Assembly: GCA_964547575.1 (NCBI GenBank)
Contig: CAZJOH010000002.1
Location: 1-59,329 of the forward strand
Direction of reading: 5' to 3'
Length of the DNA: 59,329 nucleotides
Source: an uncultured Clostridium sp.
GTDB taxonomy: Bacteria; Bacillota; Clostridia; Oscillospirales; Acutalibacteraceae
The notes beneath the pieces are model-generated. The model searched no databases. It saw nothing but the letters and a program-made list of their open reading frames with translations, and was not told the DNA's origin. The position numbers and the translations under genes were made by a program. This document shows positions 58,125 to 59,329 of this stretch, piece after piece; position 1 is the first letter of the stretch; each line of letters opens with the position of its first letter.

Positions 58125-58889
58125 TTATTCGGTTACTTCTGTTTGTTGCGGTACTGCTGTTACCGTTAAGGTAGTGCTTTCATCTGAAAGAAAATTTTTG
58201 AGAAACTCCTGATCCATAGATTCAGGCATAGGCTGTTCTACTGGTACTTCAATAAAATCTAGAGTTTGAGTCTGGTATGTTCCGTTGGCAACCGCATCCT
58301 CATACTCATCTTTAAACAAATATGGATAATCGGGTGTCAGATAATATTCGTTTATAAGTTCATTGTCAAAAGTATAAATAATATCTGCATTATAAACTTC
58401 TTCGTCCTCCTGGTTTGCAAAATCCTTGGGATTCATTACAGGTGTGCCGTTAAGAAGATATTTTATTCTCCATGCATATTCAAGATTTGCTTTGTCAAAA
58501 TCCTCTCTTGATATGTTGAAATCACGGATAAAATTTACCATCAGCATTACATTTGTTTCGTCAGGGTCGGGCTGAGCATCTCTCCACTCAAAAAATGTTT
58601 CTCTGCCAACAAGATGTATAAACGGTGCTGCTATACTGTAATATCTGTGTCGATAATACTTTAGCCCTATAACACCATCACCTGTTTCAGCTGAAGGTAA
58701 AGTTTCAGAAACGAAGTAATTATCTGTTTTTTCAATTTGCAATTCAGTTGCGTTTTGTTCGGTGGTGACAGGCTGTGTTTCAGAAACACTTTCGTCCGTT
58801 GTTTCTTCCTGTATAACAGGTTTGTTTCCGCAAGCAGATATGCCTAAAATAATGCCGATTATAATTAACATAGATATTATTCTTTTCAT
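58125..58889 (-). CDS. Lipoprotein of unknown function
   Basis: MKRIISMLIIIGIILGISAC lipobox, then T/E-rich linker. Confidence 0.8.
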   Translation of the reverse strand: MKRIISMLIIIGIILGISACGNKPVIQEETTDESVSETQPVTTEQNATELQIEKTDNYFVSETLPSAETGDGVIGLKYYRHRYYSIAAPFIHLVGRETFFEWRDAQPDPDETNVMLMVNFIRDFNISREDFDKANLEYAWRIKYLLNGTPVMNPKDFANQEDEEVYNADIIYTFDNELINEYYLTPDYPYLFKDEYEDAVANGTYQTQTLDFIEVPVEQPMPESMDQEFLKNFLSDESTTLTVTAVPQQTEVTE

Positions 58890-58904
58890 ATTTTAACCTC
58901 CAAT

Positions 58905-59329
58905 TCAGTTGTTCGTACTGTACCAATATCCGCCATGATTTTTATATGCTTCATCTTCGTAAAATCTCGGTGTAAAATCTCTGTAAAAATATAGCGGATT
59001 AATTGTGTACTCATATGTTTTTCTGGCATCTTCTCCAACGGCTGAGTTTTTATTATTCATTTCTATATGAAGGTGAGGACCGCTTGAAGTTCCCGTTGAA
59101 CCTATATATCCGACAATATCCTCTTTTGAAACTTCATCACCTTCACTATATCGTGCTTTGGATTTCATATGCATATATATAACAATCAGTTTTTCGCCGG
59201 TAACAGGGTCGGGGGTTTTAGAAGTTATACAGATATAATTTCCGCAGCTTGAATCGTAATCTGCTTTTTTTACTATACCGTCAAACGGAGCAATCAACGG
59301 TTCACCCAAAATATTGTTACCCGATACAT
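58905..59329 (-). CDS. M23-family peptidase, C-terminal part (truncated by window edge)
   Basis: GEPLIAPFDG, YMHM, IGSTGTSSGPHLH. Confidence 0.85.
   Translation of the reverse strand, partial: VSGNNILGEPLIAPFDGIVKKADYDSSCGNYICITSKTPDPVTGEKLIVIYMHMKSKARYSEGDEVSKEDIVGYIGSTGTSSGPHLHIEMNNKNSAVGEDARKTYEYTINPLYFYRDFTPRFYEDEAYKNHGGYWYSTNN

Overview
Firmicute DNA, probably from a Clostridia/Oscillospirales-like organism (inferred from gene content). Positions 1 to about 43,458 are the right-hand part of a large integrated accessory element; its left end was not found and probably lies upstream of the window. The element's right end carries a mobility module: P4-type primase-helicase with candidate origin repeats, an SF1 helicase, an excisionase-like gene, a small putative directionality factor and a large serine recombinase. 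Its cargo is rich in defence and DNA-processing genes: HipA-like kinase fragment, UvrD/PcrA helicase, 5'-nucleotidase, a catalytically degenerate PolC derivative, Mrr-like nuclease, WYL regulator, tyrosine recombinase, HIRAN protein, SbcCD, DUF2779 nuclease, a three-gene restriction-modification cluster with a HEPN-like gene, and a radical SAM/LRR operon. From about 43.6 kb onward are ordinary chromosomal genes (GH2, GH5, GH51, DUF711/ACT, galE, rsmA, NhaC-family transporter, M23 peptidase). The five main observations are: (1) five promoters share GTCC-N8-GGAC exactly 11 bp upstream of a -10 box, suggesting a WYL-activated regulon; (2) an atypical CX7CX6C radical SAM/SPASM enzyme is coupled to a protein starting MKIRLDFVTNSSSSSF and to cytoplasmic LRR proteins; (3) a run of hairpins about 500 nt long precedes a divergent tyrosine recombinase, next to a recurring TCTTACATACTTT motif; (4) the serine recombinase ends in what looks like the 3' end of a small acid-soluble spore protein gene, implying insertion into ssp; (5) a dead PolC mini-protein. 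All family calls come from motif recognition by eye; no database searches were run.
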